Below the pieces are notes generated by a model. It saw only the letters and a program-made list of their open reading frames with translations, searched no databases and had not been told where the DNA came from. Of a stretch of 39,767 nt of DNA, positions 20,756 to 29,417 are shown one piece after another. This stretch comes from Alphaproteobacteria bacterium (GTDB taxonomy: Bacteria > Pseudomonadota > Alphaproteobacteria > CAAGCB01 > CAG-977). Position numbers and translations under genes: made by a program. The stretch lies in assembly GCA_051888155.1 (NCBI GenBank), contig JBJFAY010000185.1, positions 1 to 39,767 on the forward strand, read 5' to 3'. The stretch's first letter is position 1. Each line of letters begins with the position of its first letter.

Positions 20756-21097
20756 ATGACCGAACACGAAGAACCGGAACGAATACCGGATACAAAAGAA
20801 GCGCAGACGGATTATTCCAAAGAAACTTATGAGAAAATCAAACAGCTGTATGATGAATTTAATCGTGCGCGGCTGCTGGAATATATCGAGCTGGTCAACA
20901 AACCGAAAAAACTGTTTTGGTTGAATTTTTTTTCGGGATTGGCAAAAGGGCTGGGATTGACGATCGGAACGGCGATTGTTTTAACGATTTTGTTTAAATT
21001 GATGCAGCATATTATTTCGTTGAATATTCCCTATATTACGGTATGGGTGTCCGAATGGATTTCGCAGGTGTCCAACCTGCTGCGCGCGGCAAAGTAA
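20756..21097 (+). CDS. DUF5665-like small membrane protein
   Basis: EY.EL...P.KL.WLNFFSGLAKGLG.TIG motif plus a hydrophobic helix; AGGA RBS. Confidence 0.75.
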   Translation: MTEHEEPERIPDTKEAQTDYSKETYEKIKQLYDEFNRARLLEYIELVNKPKKLFWLNFFSGLAKGLGLTIGTAIVLTILFKLMQHIISLNIPYITVWVSEWISQVSNLLRAAK

Positions 21098-21335
21098 AGT
21101 TTTTGATACGGGCCTTCCGGCCGGCTTGACCGTATATATAATCTTTGAATCATCTTTTGCTTCAGACATATATGTTTTGTTGCTGATGTCACATGATTCC
21201 AGCGTCCGCCGGTTTAATTTAACTGTTGCCGCGGTCTTTTTCTTTTGTAATGAGAAAAAACAGGCCGGCAAAATGTTTTTACATATTTTTCACTGACGCG
21301 GATAAGGACGTATGGCCGGTTGGGGAAAAACAGAC

Positions 21336-21366
21336 AAAGAAAACACCGGAGAAAGATTTCCCGGCG
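21336..21366 (-). terminator. Probable terminator closing the HNH triplet
   Basis: Minus strand CGCCGGGAA-ATCT-TTCTCCGGTG then TTTTCTTT, about 25 nt after the HNH-1 stop. Confidence 0.45.
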
Positions 21367-21391
21367 GAGTTCTTCAGAATGTAATAAAAAA

Positions 21392-21967
21392 TCAACGTCC
21401 CGCGCGCGCGGCGGCTTTGGCAATCAGAACGGCCTTTTGCGGTTGGGCTTTTTTGCGTTCCGGATCAACATACACCATGTCGTCCGTCCAGGGAATCAAG
21501 ACCTTTTTAGAATCGCCGGTCTGCATCTGCGCCACCTGCGGATCCATAACCTTGTGATGCAGTTCGTCATGCGGCTTGATCGGCATTAAAATCAGGTTGG
21601 AAAACTCGTTTTTTCCGCCGCCGTGAATCGGCAGTTTATGATGAACGTTATAACCGACGGGAGCATGCCCCTTTTTAACCTGTTCGATTTGTTTATCCGT
21701 CAATCCCAAATCACGCAAAGCCGGCTCCATTGTCGCGCCGATGTGTTTTAAAAATTCTTTGCGCACGGAATCAAAAGCGCTGCGCCGTCTTTTGCGGGTT
21801 TGCTTGTCCGGAACGATCCATTCGACTTCCTTAAGTTTAAAGCCGTTGATTTCCGTAAACGGGAATTTCCCCGCCTGAGCGTTTAATTGCGCCGCCGTTT
21901 TTACCGGCTTGCCCTTTTTGCCGCCTGATTTACGTTTGGCATGCGTCAGATTGTATTGATTAACCAT
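21392..21967 (-). CDS. HNH endonuclease, polymorphic-toxin-like (HNH-1)
   Basis: GYNVHHKLPIHGGGKNEFSNLILMPIKPHDELHH; basic protein ending AVLIAKAAARAGR*. Start set to ATG 21967. Confidence 0.85.
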   Translation of the reverse strand: MVNQYNLTHAKRKSGGKKGKPVKTAAQLNAQAGKFPFTEINGFKLKEVEWIVPDKQTRKRRRSAFDSVRKEFLKHIGATMEPALRDLGLTDKQIEQVKKGHAPVGYNVHHKLPIHGGGKNEFSNLILMPIKPHDELHHKVMDPQVAQMQTGDSKKVLIPWTDDMVYVDPERKKAQPQKAVLIAKAAARAGR

Positions 21968-22014
21968 AAAAAGCACCCTTTTCAAAAGAAGCGTTTATTA
22001 TTGATAACTTTGCC

Positions 22015-22035
22015 ACAAAAAATATTTTTTGTCTA
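22015..22035. repeat. 18-bp palindrome and 13-bp motif shared with the HNH-4 upstream region
   Basis: ACAAAAAATATTTTTTGT (22015-22032) is a perfect palindrome. Minus-strand TAGACAAAAAATA (22023-22035) recurs at 29426-29438. Confidence 0.6.
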
Positions 22036-22041
22036 TTTTTT

Positions 22042-22629
22042 TTATCTTGTCTGCTGTCTTTTTTGTAAAACAGAGAGCGGAACGGGCTGTTTTAAAGCGG
22101 CCTGAACACGTTGTTTTTCCGACGGCGGTATGAAAATGCTGCCGTCCGGAACGGGCATTTTAACGGTTTTCGTTTCTCCTTCCTGCATTTTGCAGATCTG
22201 CAGGTCGGATACTTTGTGAATATCGGTATGATACGGATCGTTTTTAATCAGGATAAAATTGGAAAATTCGTTTTTTCCGCCGCCGGCCAAAGGCAGCTTG
22301 TGATGAACGTTGTACCCGTTCGGCGCATTGCCTTTCCCCATGTCGGCAATCGCTTTGTCGGACAGTCCCAAAGCCTTTAAAACCGGCGCCTGCGTTTTAG
22401 CCAGATTCTGTAAAAAAGCTTTGCGCTGCGGACCGAAAGAACGGCGCAGTTCTTTAACACGTTTTTTCCCGACGGCCGTATAGGAAACGTCAATAATGGG
22501 AATGTCATGCACTTTGTCGGGCAGAGCGGCGATTTTTTCCGCCCGTTCCCGTTCCTGCTCTGCGGCTTTTTGAGCGCGTCGTGCTTCTTTTTCCGCTTTG
22601 GTGGGTTTGTGCTGAATGTAATCTGTCAT
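22042..22629 (-). CDS. HNH endonuclease, polymorphic-toxin-like (HNH-2)
   Basis: GYNVHHKLPLAGGGKNEFSNFILIKNDPYHTDIH; ends LSVLQKRQQTR*. ATG 22629 is 1 nt from the HNH-3 stop. Confidence 0.85.
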   Translation of the reverse strand: MTDYIQHKPTKAEKEARRAQKAAEQERERAEKIAALPDKVHDIPIIDVSYTAVGKKRVKELRRSFGPQRKAFLQNLAKTQAPVLKALGLSDKAIADMGKGNAPNGYNVHHKLPLAGGGKNEFSNFILIKNDPYHTDIHKVSDLQICKMQEGETKTVKMPVPDGSIFIPPSEKQRVQAALKQPVPLSVLQKRQQTR

Positions 22630-22630
22630 G

Positions 22631-23293
22631 TTACCGGTCCCTTCCCGCAAAAACCAAAGACGTCCTGCGGTTTATTTCGTCACGGACTTCGGCCAAAGAG
22701 GTGTTTTTATTCTTTCCGTAAGTCTTGCGGCCTTTTTTTGCCCATTTTTCCAAAAACTTGTACTGCGGTGAAGGGACAAAAACAGGCGTTTGAGGATCGG
22801 GAATGACAACCGTTCTTTTATCGCCTTCCTCCATATTGCGGATCTGCGGGTTGATCAGATGATAATGCATCATGTCATGATACGGTTCTCGGCGGATTAA
22901 AACCAAATTGGAAAAATCATTCGTGCCGCCGCCGTAAATCGGCAGTTTGTGGTGCGTGTTAAATCCGTGCGGCGTCTGTCCGTTTTCCATGCCGGCAATC
23001 TGTTTTTTCGTAATGCCGGCCGCCAGCAAAGCCGGCCGCTGTGTTTTTGCCAGAAACTTGATAAATTCCGCGCGTTTTTCCTGCTCAAATTCCAACCGGC
23101 GCGCGGCGCGTTCTTCCTTCGACGGAACACGGAACGTTACCTTTCTGCATGGAACGCCCAAAAAACTTTCCGGCGTTTTTGAAGCGGTTAAAGGACGTTT
23201 TTGTGTTGATTTTTCTTTTGTTTTTTGACGCTTCTGATGCAGGAAACGATCGGATTTTTTCGCGGTAAACGGCTGTTGCGGGAGAGTTTGCAT
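22631..23293 (-). CDS. HNH endonuclease, polymorphic-toxin-like (HNH-3)
   Basis: GFNTHHKLPIYGGGTNDFSNLVLIRREPYHDMMH; AAGGA RBS; ends SLVFAGRDR*. Confidence 0.85.
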   Translation of the reverse strand: MQTLPQQPFTAKKSDRFLHQKRQKTKEKSTQKRPLTASKTPESFLGVPCRKVTFRVPSKEERAARRLEFEQEKRAEFIKFLAKTQRPALLAAGITKKQIAGMENGQTPHGFNTHHKLPIYGGGTNDFSNLVLIRREPYHDMMHYHLINPQIRNMEEGDKRTVVIPDPQTPVFVPSPQYKFLEKWAKKGRKTYGKNKNTSLAEVRDEINRRTSLVFAGRDR

Positions 23294-23359
23294 AAAAGAA
23301 TCCTTTTCGTTTTTTGCATGTCCGGTTAATTAGAGACTTGCTTGCGTCCTTATAAAAAG

Positions 23360-23387
23360 AGTATACCATATTAAAATCAGACTACAA
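23360..23387 (-). promoter_or_regulatory. Sigma70-type promoter for the HNH triplet
   Basis: Minus strand TTGTAG-16 bp-TATACT with an extended -10 TG. Confidence 0.5.
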
Positions 23388-23442
23388 GGGTTTTGACAAA
23401 AAAATATTTTTTTCGAAAAAAAAGAAAAGTTTTGGGCGGAAA

Positions 23443-24321
23443 ATGAACAAAAAAGAAACGGGAATTATTGCCTGTCAGGGGGTCGAAGGGGCTTTTGCGC
23501 ATTTGGCGGCAAAGGAAATATTTCCTCAAAAAGAGATTTGTTTCTATGCGACTTTCGAAGACGCCCTGACCGCCGTCGCCGACGGACGGGCAGACTGCGC
23601 CGTGCTGCCGATTGAAAATTCGGCCGCCGGACGGGTCGCGGATATGCACCGATTAATGGGAAAAACGGGATTATATGTCATCGCCGAACATTTTCTGCGG
23701 ATTCGGCATTGCCTGCTGGGGATACCGCAAACCCGTACGGAAAATATCAGAACGGTGCGTTCTCATGCGCAGGCGCTGTCGCAGTGCGCCGCTTTTTTAA
23801 AAAGGCTGAACGTCAAAACCGAATCGGCGGGCAATACGGCCGCCGCCGCGCAGGAAGTTGCCGCCTCGGGTCGGGCCGATATCGCGGCGATCGCTTCGCA
23901 AGCGGCCGCGGAGTTATACGGGCTGAAAATTTTGCAGGCCGGTATAGAAGATTCCGATCTGAACACAACGCGGTTCTGGGTGTTGGCGCGCGATCCCGCC
24001 GGCGGGGTCGATCCGGCGAGGGCCGTGACCTCTTTTATATTCTGGGTGAAAAATAAACCGGCCGTTTTATACAAATGTCTGGGGGGATTCGCTACAAACG
24101 GGATTGACCTTTTGCGTTTGGAAAGTTACGTTGATCCCGAACGTTTTTTGACTTCCGCCGGTTTTCTGGTCGACGTCGCGGCTCATACCGGTTCGGATTC
24201 CTTTAAAAAAGCGTTTGAAGAATTGGCCTTTTTTTCTGAAAAAGTGAAAATTCTGGGGACTTATGCCGCTGATCCGTATCGGGCGGAAATGAAAAAACGA
24301 CAACAGGAGAACCTCGGGTGA
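23443..24321 (+). CDS. pheA: Prephenate dehydratase
   Basis: QG..GAF.HLA, VLPIENS.AG.V, SH.QALSQC, N.TRF, C-terminal ACT domain. Confidence 0.93.
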   Translation: MNKKETGIIACQGVEGAFAHLAAKEIFPQKEICFYATFEDALTAVADGRADCAVLPIENSAAGRVADMHRLMGKTGLYVIAEHFLRIRHCLLGIPQTRTENIRTVRSHAQALSQCAAFLKRLNVKTESAGNTAAAAQEVAASGRADIAAIASQAAAELYGLKILQAGIEDSDLNTTRFWVLARDPAGGVDPARAVTSFIFWVKNKPAVLYKCLGGFATNGIDLLRLESYVDPERFLTSAGFLVDVAAHTGSDSFKKAFEELAFFSEKVKILGTYAADPYRAEMKKRQQENLG

Positions 24322-24920
24322 AAAAAGTATTATGCGCTTTGATCTTTTTGGCTGCGGGAACTTTTCCGGCTTTTGCCGTTGACGGCGACGACGGGTTTTA
24401 TACCCGCGCGGATATCGGGTATGCTTACGGAACGGGGGACGGTATTAAAAAGGGGTATGCGGCGCAAACCGGATTCGGGCAGAAATGGGGCGGTTTCCTG
24501 CGCAGCGAATTTACGTTCGAATATACCCGCGCCAGATTGAAAGGTCCCGGCGCTTTTGACGGAACCGGACAGACCGTGCGTTCCCGTCTGCCGTCCTGGG
24601 CGGCAATGACGACGACTTATGCCGATCTGTTTTCTTATAAAGGCATAACCCCTTATGTCGGCGCGGGAATCGGCGTTTCGCGCAACGATATGCCCGATAT
24701 GGTTGTCAACGGACGGCAAAAATTCGGCGATACGGTTTTCCGTCTGGCCTGGAAAGCCGTCGGGGGCATAGGTATTGATCTGCCTGAAAATCTGGCGTTG
24801 GATATCGGATATGTTTATGCCGATCTGGGACGCTTTTCTACAAAAGCCGTTTCGGGACCCGCCTTGCATCAGGACGTAAAAGTACGTAAAGTTTATGTCG
24901 GCCTGCGTTACAATTTTTAA
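24318..24920 (+). CDS. Outer membrane beta-barrel protein (opacity/porin-like, 8-stranded)
   Basis: Signal peptide (AFA-VD); TPYVGAGIG, LDIGY.Y.DLG, terminal GLRYNF. Confidence 0.85.
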   Translation: MKKVLCALIFLAAGTFPAFAVDGDDGFYTRADIGYAYGTGDGIKKGYAAQTGFGQKWGGFLRSEFTFEYTRARLKGPGAFDGTGQTVRSRLPSWAAMTTTYADLFSYKGITPYVGAGIGVSRNDMPDMVVNGRQKFGDTVFRLAWKAVGGIGIDLPENLALDIGYVYADLGRFSTKAVSGPALHQDVKVRKVYVGLRYNF

Positions 24921-24935
24921 CCGGAGCAGTTTTCT

Positions 24936-25952
24936 GTGATACACGATTTCTTGTTTTTTACCGTTTTGCATCAACCGTTATGGATATGGCTGATGTTTTT
25001 GGGAATCGTTTGCGCGGTTTTATTTCTGGACTTGGGAATTCTGGAAAAAAAAGCGCAGGAGATCAGCGCGAAAAAAAGTCTGTTGCTGTTTTCAACGTAT
25101 GCCGCCATTGCCTGTTTGTTCGGCGGCTGGATCCATTGGTATTTCGGCGAAGAAATGGCGTCGGAATTCTTTATGGGCTACATTGTCGAAATGGGGCTGT
25201 CGATTGATAACGTTTTTGTGATTTCCCTGGTTTTTTCCTATCTGGCGATTCCGCGTCATTCGCAGCATCGCGTTTTGTTCTGGGGGATTCTGGGGGCGGC
25301 CGTGCTGCGCGGCATTATGTTCGTCATCGGGGCGGAGATTTTGGACAGATACGATCCGGTGCTGCTGATTTTTGCGGTATTCCTGATTTATTCGGGATTA
25401 AAAATGCTGTTGTCGGACGAACCGGCGATTAATTTGTCCGACAGCCGTATGCTGCGTTTTTTCCGGCACTATCTGCGGGTGACAAACGAACTGCACGGCG
25501 AACATTTTTTTGTCAAACAGCCGTCGCAGTCCGAACCGGGAAAGATGAAATGGTATGCGACGCCTTTGTTTTTGGCGCTTTTGCTGATTGAGTTCGGCGA
25601 CGCTTTGTTCGCTATCGACAGCGTGCCCGCCATGCTGGCGGTATCTCATGAAACGTTCGCGGTTTATTCCAGCGATATGTTCGCCGTTCTGGGGCTGCGG
25701 GCGCTTTATTTCCTGTTGTCCGCGGCAATGCACCGTTTCTCTTATTTGCAGCCGGCATGCGCAATCCTGCTGGTGGCGATCGGAATCAAAGTGTTTATCG
25801 GGGAGTTCTTTTTCAAAGTGGACGACCGGATTTCTTTGCTTATTACTTTTGTTCTGCTGGCCGGAGGCGTTCTGCTGTCTTTGTTTAAAACGGCGGAAAA
25901 AGAAGAGCGAAAAGAAAAATCGGCGGAAGTGCAGCAGCGCAAAGCGTCTTAA
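24936..25952 (+). CDS. TerC/Alx family membrane protein
   Basis: GY.VE..LSIDNVFV, QHRVLFWGILGA..LRG, D.LFAIDSVPA, FAVLGLRALYF. Confidence 0.92.
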   Translation: MIHDFLFFTVLHQPLWIWLMFLGIVCAVLFLDLGILEKKAQEISAKKSLLLFSTYAAIACLFGGWIHWYFGEEMASEFFMGYIVEMGLSIDNVFVISLVFSYLAIPRHSQHRVLFWGILGAAVLRGIMFVIGAEILDRYDPVLLIFAVFLIYSGLKMLLSDEPAINLSDSRMLRFFRHYLRVTNELHGEHFFVKQPSQSEPGKMKWYATPLFLALLLIEFGDALFAIDSVPAMLAVSHETFAVYSSDMFAVLGLRALYFLLSAAMHRFSYLQPACAILLVAIGIKVFIGEFFFKVDDRISLLITFVLLAGGVLLSLFKTAEKEERKEKSAEVQQRKAS

Positions 25953-26019
25953 AATTTGTTTTTTGCTCTTTGAAAATCATGGTACAATGGCTTGTCTGCA
26001 TAAAACCAAAGAGGCGCCG

Positions 26020-27606
26020 GTGAAGTCCGTTCTGTTTTCTTTGATTCTTTTCCTGGCCGCCTGTCGCGCGCCGGCTCCGGTTTTAAACGAAAAGTATGAT
26101 TTGTGGATCTATGCGCGGTATGTCGTAACCGATAACGGCATATTGAAAGACAAATATGTCGGCATAACGCGGGACGGAAAAATAGGTGAGATTTTAAGTC
26201 AGAAACCGCCCCATGAAACAATTATCAACGCCGGCCGGCACATTCTGGCGCCGGGGTTTATCAATGCGCACGATCATCTGGCGTACAATCACCGCGGGCC
26301 GTATTACGAATATTCTTTTCCCCGTGCCGAACGCTATAACCACCGCCGGGATTGGAGCGGCGGCTGCCGCGGTTATGAAAAACGCCAAAGTGCCAAGACC
26401 GTCCGTCCGGCGTTTTTAATCTGGAACGAGCTGCGTCAGATTGTCGCCGGCACGACAAGCAATATCGGCGTCGGCGGATATCCGGGGTTCCTGCGTAATT
26501 TCGGCGATGTGTCCAACGAAGGGCTGAAGCTGCCTAAAACGGTATGGAGCGATACGTTTCCTTTGAAAGACAATGACCAATGCCAATACATGCTGGCCGA
26601 AGGGGACGGTTATCCGTTTCACCCTAAAAACAAACCGGACGTTGTTTATATCGTTCATGTCGCCGAAGGCAAAGACGCTTTCGCCCGCAATGAATTTGTA
26701 AATATCAGTTCCGACGAAGGAAAAAGAAACAATATTTTGGGAGAAAACATCGGCCTGATTCATATGGTCGGCGTTTTGGAACAGGACGTTAAAAAGGTTG
26801 CCGACGCCAAAGCGACGGTGATCTGGTCGCCTCGGTCCAATTTCGCGCTGTACGGCGTAACGGCGCCGGTGTCTTTGATGAAAGATTACGGGATTAATCT
26901 GGCTTTGGGGACGGACTGGACGTATTCCGGATCCGCGCATATTCTGGAAGAGCTGAAAGTTGCCGCGGATTATAATGCCAAATACCTGAATAATATTTTT
27001 TCAGCCAAAGAATTATGGCAGATGACGACGGTCAATCCCGCGAAATTAATGCGGCTGTCGGATCAGATCGGCGACATTCGTCCGGGCATGCAGGCCGATT
27101 TGGTTTTGTTTAACGCTGAAAATAAAAGGTTCAAGACGGACGAAGACGTTTATAAAGCCGTGATCGGCATGGATACGTCAAAAACGGAACTGGTGATGCG
27201 CGGCGGGACGATTCTGTACGGCAAATGGAAACTGCTGGACGGCGTGATTTCTGATATTCCGGGGGACACGGACGAATTTTTCGGCGAAAAGTATTATATC
27301 GGCACGACGGTTGAAACGGGATATTCTTATCAGGAATTGCTGGCGGCAAATAAAAAAGCGCAGACGTATCGTCTGTTTCCCGATTTAAGGAAAAAGAAAA
27401 CGCCGATTGCTTATCCGGTCAGCCTGAAAAACCGGCTGTATCCTTCGGCGCCGACGTGGACGGGGATAACTTCGCCGGCTGATCCCGACGGAGACGGCGT
27501 AACGGCGGACGACAGCGACGCGGGATATTTCAATCCGCTGCGTCCGGTTGATCTGACGGATAACGGCGGAAAACAGACGCGGGCGCGCCGGCGGGATAAA
27601 AAATAA
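26020..27606 (+). CDS. Amidohydrolase-family metalloenzyme, predicted lipoprotein
   Basis: GTG start after GAGG; lipobox LAAC; PGFINAHDH, HVAEG, IHMVG, ALGTDW, G.I.PG..ADLVL. Confidence 0.85.
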   Translation: MKSVLFSLILFLAACRAPAPVLNEKYDLWIYARYVVTDNGILKDKYVGITRDGKIGEILSQKPPHETIINAGRHILAPGFINAHDHLAYNHRGPYYEYSFPRAERYNHRRDWSGGCRGYEKRQSAKTVRPAFLIWNELRQIVAGTTSNIGVGGYPGFLRNFGDVSNEGLKLPKTVWSDTFPLKDNDQCQYMLAEGDGYPFHPKNKPDVVYIVHVAEGKDAFARNEFVNISSDEGKRNNILGENIGLIHMVGVLEQDVKKVADAKATVIWSPRSNFALYGVTAPVSLMKDYGINLALGTDWTYSGSAHILEELKVAADYNAKYLNNIFSAKELWQMTTVNPAKLMRLSDQIGDIRPGMQADLVLFNAENKRFKTDEDVYKAVIGMDTSKTELVMRGGTILYGKWKLLDGVISDIPGDTDEFFGEKYYIGTTVETGYSYQELLAANKKAQTYRLFPDLRKKKTPIAYPVSLKNRLYPSAPTWTGITSPADPDGDGVTADDSDAGYFNPLRPVDLTDNGGKQTRARRRDKK

Positions 27607-27615
27607 TTTTCTCCT

Positions 27616-27644
27616 CTTGAAAGAAGAAAAAAGCAAGCCTATAT
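27616..27644 (+). promoter_or_regulatory. RpoH (sigma32) promoter
   Basis: CTTGAA-16 bp-CCTATAT, the alphaproteobacterial heat-shock consensus, upstream of an Hsp20 gene. Confidence 0.8.
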
Positions 27645-27654
27645 CCCTTTTATC

Positions 27655-27741
27655 AGGACATCGCCGCACAGGGGTGTTTTGATGACGGGTGTCTTTTGGA
27701 ACCCGCCGGTTATTTGCTCATGATTCAGGAGAAATACAATG
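27655..27741 (+). promoter_or_regulatory. ROSE-like RNA thermometer
   Basis: TATTT(G)CTC pairs with GAGAAATA over the AGGAG RBS with a bulged G; upstream CGGGT/ACCCG hairpin. Confidence 0.7.
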
Positions 27742-28212
27742 GCTTTATTAACGTCTAACAATCCGTTTATGCTTGGTTTTGATTCTTTGGAACGTATGCT
27801 TGACAGAGCTGCGAAAAATTCGGAAAGTTATCCGCCGTACAACATTGAACAGATTGATCCGTCCCATTTGCAGATTACGATTGCGGTTGCCGGCTTTGCC
27901 GAAGAAGATTTGACGATCGAAGTCGAAGACAAGCAGCTGGTTATCCGCGGCCAGCATGTCGAAGACGAAAACGCGCCGGCGCGCCAATATTTGTACCGCG
28001 GCATTGCCGCCCGCCAGTTCCAGCGTTCTTTTATTCTGGCCGACGGAATCGAAGTGATCGACGCGCATTTGGACAACGGTCTGCTGCATATTGATTTGGA
28101 ACAGAACGAACCCGAATCAAAAGTCCGCCAGATTAAAATTTCTAAAAAAGATCACGATAAAAAGATCGAAAAAGCGCCTGAAAAGGCAAAACTGGAAAAG
28201 AAATCTTCGTAA
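27739..28212 (+). CDS. ibpA: Small heat shock protein, Hsp20/IbpA family
   Basis: LGFD, SYPPYNIE, AVAGF, YLYRGIAARQFQRSF.LA, NGLLHIDL. Confidence 0.92.
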   Translation: MALLTSNNPFMLGFDSLERMLDRAAKNSESYPPYNIEQIDPSHLQITIAVAGFAEEDLTIEVEDKQLVIRGQHVEDENAPARQYLYRGIAARQFQRSFILADGIEVIDAHLDNGLLHIDLEQNEPESKVRQIKISKKDHDKKIEKAPEKAKLEKKSS

Positions 28213-28241
28213 ACTTACCGAAAGCAGCAAAGGAGGTCGTC

Positions 28242-28457
28242 GTGCTGATCAGAACAGATAAAAAAGACATAACGACCGACGATTTGGCCAAGTTGGGCGT
28301 GAATTCCGTCGCGTACATCAAAAAAAAGATCGTCGATAATCGCAAAATGTGGTTCATTTATGCGGCCGAAGGAACAGAATTAGCCTATACAGACGATGAA
28401 AATAAGGCTATATCTCTGGTCATAGATAATGAACTGATACCGGTGAGCGTCCATTGA
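28242..28457 (+). CDS. DUF1150 family protein
   Basis: LG...VAYIK, IYAAEG..LA, terminal PVSVH; usual position after Hsp20; AGGAGG RBS. Confidence 0.8.
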   Translation: MLIRTDKKDITTDDLAKLGVNSVAYIKKKIVDNRKMWFIYAAEGTELAYTDDENKAISLVIDNELIPVSVH

Positions 28458-29107
28458 CACATACTGCGAACAACACCTGCGACAGGTGTGGAAAACCTTT
28501 ACCGCTCTGCGTTTGCACGAACGCAGAGCCTTTTGATAACCGCCGTTTCGTACTGATTTTGCAGCACCCGCAGGAACAGGACAAAGAATTGGGAACCGCG
28601 GGCATTATTTGTTCCATGTTGAAAAATTCCCGGCTGGAAATCGCTTTGTCGCGTCCGGGGCTGAACGCCGTTTTAAAACGGCCGGCAGATCCGAAAAAAT
28701 GGGGCGTCCTGTATTTGGGGGCGCAGAATGAAACGCCTGTCGCACCTGGGCTGTACGCCTTAAGCCGCAAGGGAAATCTGCTGGACAATACCGCCGAATG
28801 CCTTGAAAAACTGGAGGGGATTATCCTGCTGGACGGATCGTGGAGTCAGGCAAAGGCTTTGTGGTGGCGCAATCCGTGGCTGTTGAAAACGCAGCGCCTG
28901 CTGTTGGTGCCGCAAAAGCGGTCTTTGTACGGCCGGCTGCGCAAAGAACCGCGCAAGGAAAGCGTTTCAACGTTGGAAGCCTGCGCTTTATGTCTGGATT
29001 ATCTGGGCGAAGATCCGCGGATATCCGCCGGCTTGACGGACGCTTTCGCCCGGCTTTTGGAAAAATACAAAGCGCTGCGCGCCGGCGCAGCGCCAGACAA
29101 AAGATGA
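28454..29107 (+). CDS. DTW-domain tRNA-uridine aminocarboxypropyltransferase
   Basis: CxxC...CVC, ILQHPQE, LLDGSWSQAK, LRKEP....STLEA. Confidence 0.88.
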   Translation: MTHTANNTCDRCGKPLPLCVCTNAEPFDNRRFVLILQHPQEQDKELGTAGIICSMLKNSRLEIALSRPGLNAVLKRPADPKKWGVLYLGAQNETPVAPGLYALSRKGNLLDNTAECLEKLEGIILLDGSWSQAKALWWRNPWLLKTQRLLLVPQKRSLYGRLRKEPRKESVSTLEACALCLDYLGEDPRISAGLTDAFARLLEKYKALRAGAAPDKR

Positions 29108-29171
29108 TTTTGATTTTTTGAAAAACTTCTTTTATCCTGAAAACAGGTTAAACGTTTCAGGAGAATTTAAA

Positions 29172-29417
29172 ATGTCCGAATTAAAACTGGCCGAAATCGC
29201 CATTGTTATTTCCAACCGTGAAAAATCCGCGTGCTCCGTTAATGATCTTTTGACGCAGTACGGGGATTATATCATCGCCCGTATGGGGGTGCCGCATCGT
29301 TCCCGCCAGATGTTTATTGTTTCCGTCGTTATGGAAGCGCCCGAAGAAAAAATCACGCAGCTGTCTGACGAATTAAATAAACTGGGCAATATTCAAATAA
29401 AAACAATGATGATCTGA
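29172..29417 (+). CDS. TM1266 family (iron-only hydrogenase system regulator-like) ACT-fold protein
   Basis: IAIVI..RE.S...VN.LL..YGDYII.RMGVP; GGAG RBS. Confidence 0.8.
   Translation: MSELKLAEIAIVISNREKSACSVNDLLTQYGDYIIARMGVPHRSRQMFIVSVVMEAPEEKITQLSDELNKLGNIQIKTMMI

Noticed and set aside
20981-21423. Minus-strand ORFs downstream of HNH-1 as candidate immunity genes
   Set aside because: Weak starts, overlap with neighbouring genes, basic composition and no immunity-family motif.
21312-21589. Plus-strand ORFs of 81 and 89 aa antisense to HNH-1, one with an AAGGA RBS-like sequence, as a possible antitoxin
   Set aside because: They mostly overlap HNH-1 on the opposite strand, are not acidic and have no recognisable motif; probably shadow ORFs.
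21392-23293. HNH genes as homing endonucleases, prophage genes or CRISPR/IscB effectors
   Set aside because: No intron, terminase, integrase, RuvC motifs, CxxC zinc knuckles, methyltransferase or repeat-spacer array nearby.
24900-24936. yybP-ykoY riboswitch expected upstream of TerC/Alx genes
   Set aside because: Only 15 nt separate the genes, leaving no room for it.
25588-26019. 144-aa N-terminal extension of the amidohydrolase in the ORF track
   Set aside because: It overlaps the TerC gene out of frame; GTG 26020 has an RBS and gives a clean lipoprotein signal.
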